Positions 61,453-64,000 of a DNA stretch of 64,000 bases are shown piece by piece. The number at the start of each line of letters is the position of its first letter. Positions within the stretch are counted from its first letter, which is position 1. A model generated the notes under the pieces. That model saw only the letters and a program-made list of their open reading frames with translations. It ran no database searches and was not told the origin of the DNA. The DNA is from Squalus acanthias (lineage: Eukaryota): the NCBI GenBank assembly GCA_030390025.1, contig JASTWF010000349.1:186001-250000 (forward strand), in the 5' to 3' direction. Made by a program: the position numbers and the translations under genes.

Positions 61453-62712
61453 ATAGAAACATAGAAGATAGGAGCAGGAGTAGGCCATTCAGCCCCTCAA
61501 GCCTGCTCCGCCATTCAATGAGATCATGGCTGATCATCCAAATTCAGTACCCTGTCCCTGCCTTCTCCCCATATCCCTTGATCCCTTTAGCTTTAAGAAA
61601 TATATCTAACTCCTTCTTGAATATATTTAATGAATTGGCCTCTACTGCCTTCTGTGGTAGAGAATTCCACAGGTTCACCACTCTCTGGGTGAAGAAATTC
61701 CTCATCTCAGTCCTAAATGGCTTACCCCTTATCCTTAGACTGTGACCCCTGGTTCTGGACTCCCCCGCCATCGGGAACATCCTTCCTGCATCTAGTCTGT
61801 CTAGTCCGGTTAGAATTTTATAAGTTTCAATGAGATCCCCTCTCATTCTTCTAAACTCCAGCGAGTATAAGCCCAATCGACCCAATCTCTCCTCATACGT
61901 CATTCCTGCCATCCCAGGTATCAGCCTGGTGAATCTTCGCTGCACTCCCTCCATGGCAAGAACATCCTTCCTCAGATAAGGCGACCAAAACTGCACACAA
62001 TACTCAAGGTGTGGTCTCACCAAGGCCCTGTACAACTGCAGCAAGACATCCTTGTTCCTGTACTCGAACCCTTTCGCTACGAAGGCCAACATACCATTTG
62101 CCTTCTTGACCGCCTGCTGCACCTGCATGCTTACCTTCAGCGACTGGTGCACAAGAACACCCAGGTCTCGTTGCACTTCCCCTTCTCCCAATCTATTGCC
62201 ATTCAGATAATAATCTGCCTTCCTGTTTTTGACACCAAAGTGGATAACCTCGCATTTATCCACATTATATTGCATCTGCCATGCTTCTGTCCAATCACCC
62301 AACCTGTCCAAATCATACTGGAGTTTCTTGGCATCCTCCTCACGGCACACACGCCCACCCAGCTTTGTGTTGTCTGCATACTTGGAGATATTACACCCAA
62401 TTCCCTCGTCTAGATCATTAATATATATTGTGAATAGCTGGGGTCCTAGTACCCCACTCGTCACTGCCTGCCACTCGGAAAAAGACCCATTTATTCCAAC
62501 TCTTTGCTTTCTGTCTGCCAACCAGTTCTCTATCCAAGTCAATACCTTGCCCCCAATCCCATGTGCCTTAACTTTACACGCTAATCTCTTATGCGGGACC
62601 TTATCGAAAGCCTTCTGAAAGTCCAAATACACACATCCACGGGTTCTCCCTTATCTATTTTAGCAGTTACATCCTCAAAAACTTCCAGTAGATTAGTCAA
62701 GCACGATTTACC
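61453..62712 (-). mobile_element. CR1 3' fragment nested in an older LINE
   Basis: ORF 61544-62632 RT motifs; the host LINE rejoins across it (GATGCCA|GTGTTG). Confidence 0.93.
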
Positions 62713-63011
62713 AGTGTTGTATCTGTACTGGAACAGCTTGGCTAGAGGCGCGGCTAGTTCTGGAGCACAAGTCTTCAGCACGATAGCCGGGATGTTGTCG
62801 GGGCCCATAGCCTTTGCTGTATCCAGTGCGCTCAGCCGTTTCCTGATAGCACGTGGAGTGAATCGAATTAGCTGAAGACTGGCTTCTGTGATGGTGGGGA
62901 CCTCAGGATCATCCACTCGGCACTTCTGGCTGAAGATGGTTGCGAACGCTTCAGCCTTGTCTTTTGCACTCATGTGCTGGGCTCCACCATCATTGAGGAT
63001 GGGGATATTCA

Positions 63012-63332
63012 GAATCAGAATCACAGAATCCCCACAGTGCAGATAGAGGCCATTTCGGCCCATCGAGCTTGCACCGACACATATCCCACCCTATCCCCGT
63101 AACCCCACGTATTTAATCCCCCTAACACTAAGGGTCAATTTATCATAGCCAAATCAACCTAACCCGCACATCTTTGGACTGTGGGAGGAAACCGGAGCAC
63201 CCGGAGGAAACCCACGCAGACACGGGGAGAATGTGCAAACTCCACACAGACAGTCACCCGTGGCCGGATTCGAACCCGGGTCCCTGGCGCTGTGAGACAA
63301 CAGTGCTAACCACTATGCCACCGTGTTGCCCG
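63012..63332 (-). mobile_element. Full-length HE1-like V-SINE (tRNA-derived)
   Basis: A box TGGCATAGTGG, B box GGTTCGAATCC, V-domain GTGTGGAGTTTGCACATTCTCCCCGTGTCTGCGTGGGTTTCC, CR1-like tail, TSD TATTCA (63006-63011, 63333-63338). Confidence 0.88.
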
Positions 63333-64000
63333 TATTCATGGAGCCTCCTCCTCCTCCCGTTAGTTGTTTAATGGTCCACCACCATTCACGACTGGATGTG
63401 GCCAGACTGCAGAGCTTTGATCTGATCCATTGATTGTGGGATCGCTTAGCCCTGTCTATAGCATGCTGCTTCCGCTTTTTGGCATGCATGCAGTCCTGTG
63501 TTGCAGCTTCCCCAGTTTGGCACCTCATTTTTAGGTACGCCTGGTGCTGCTCCTGGCATGCTCTTCTACACTCCTTATTGAACCATGGTTGGTCCCCTGG
63601 CTTGATGGTAATGGTAGAGTGAGGGATATGCTGGGCCATGAGGTTACAGATTGTGGTGGAATACAATTCGGCTGCTGCTGATGGCCCACAGTGCCTCATG
63701 GATGCCCAGTTTTGAGCTGCTAGATCTGTTCTGAATCTATCCCATTTAGCACGGTGGTAGTGCCACACACACGATGGAGGGTGTTCTCAGTGTGAAGACG
63801 GGACTTTGTCTCCACAATGACTGTGCGGTGGTCACTGCTACCAATGCTGTCATGGACAGATGCATCTGCGACAGGTAGATTGGTGAGGACGAGGTCAAGT
63901 AGGTTTTTCCCTCGTGTTGGTTCCTCACCACCTGTCGCAGGCCCAGACTGGCAGTTATGTCCTTCAGGACTTGGCCAGCTCGGTCAGTAGTGGTGCTACC

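Larger units (their letters stand above)
60998..64000 (-). mobile_element. Older LINE ORF2 remnant (CR1/L2 group) with nested CR1 and SINE; segment 60998-61305 is in plus orientation
   Basis: KAMGPDNIP...LAAPLAKLF, ANYRPISLL, DQPWFN motifs. Confidence 0.75.

Noticed and set aside
63250..63332. tRNA gene (also about 355-415)
   Set aside because: The A/B boxes belong to retroposon heads continuous with repeat bodies; no complete cloverleaf seen
48101..64000. Search for exon 1 (signal peptide) and promoter of the phosphatase
   Set aside because: No segment with ATG, a hydrophobic leader, an LxFV-like end and a phase-0 donor was found by eye. It is probably outside the window, though a short divergent exon could have been missed.

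Overview
Eukaryotic, repeat-dense vertebrate DNA, most likely a cartilaginous fish (shark/ray). This is inferred from an HE1/V-SINE, DeuSINE-like elements and abundant CR1 LINEs. The only host gene I can support is a minus-strand histidine acid phosphatase of the ACP2/ACP3 (lysosomal/prostatic) type. Nine internal coding exons (equivalent to exons 2-10; 1030 nt, frame intact) lie between 48100 and 1360. The signal-peptide exon and the terminal exon were not found in the window. Introns 4 and 5 both appear to use non-canonical GC donors. The introns are filled with CR1 and L2 LINE fragments, SINEs, a probable solo LTR, a hairpin-rich MITE-like element and at least nine minisatellite arrays, including a ~12.7 kb CpG-rich 24-bp array. 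The most notable mobile DNA is a Penelope-like insertion: a GIY-YIG fragment between 419-bp inverted arms with a 12-bp TSD. It carries minimal hammerhead-ribozyme motifs, and a separate 108-bp insertion consists of little more than the same motif. Most long ORFs in the ORF track are repeat artefacts. There is a 200-N assembly gap at 46549-46748. I found no evidence for a wholly new protein-based system; the best leads are RNA and repeat structures.
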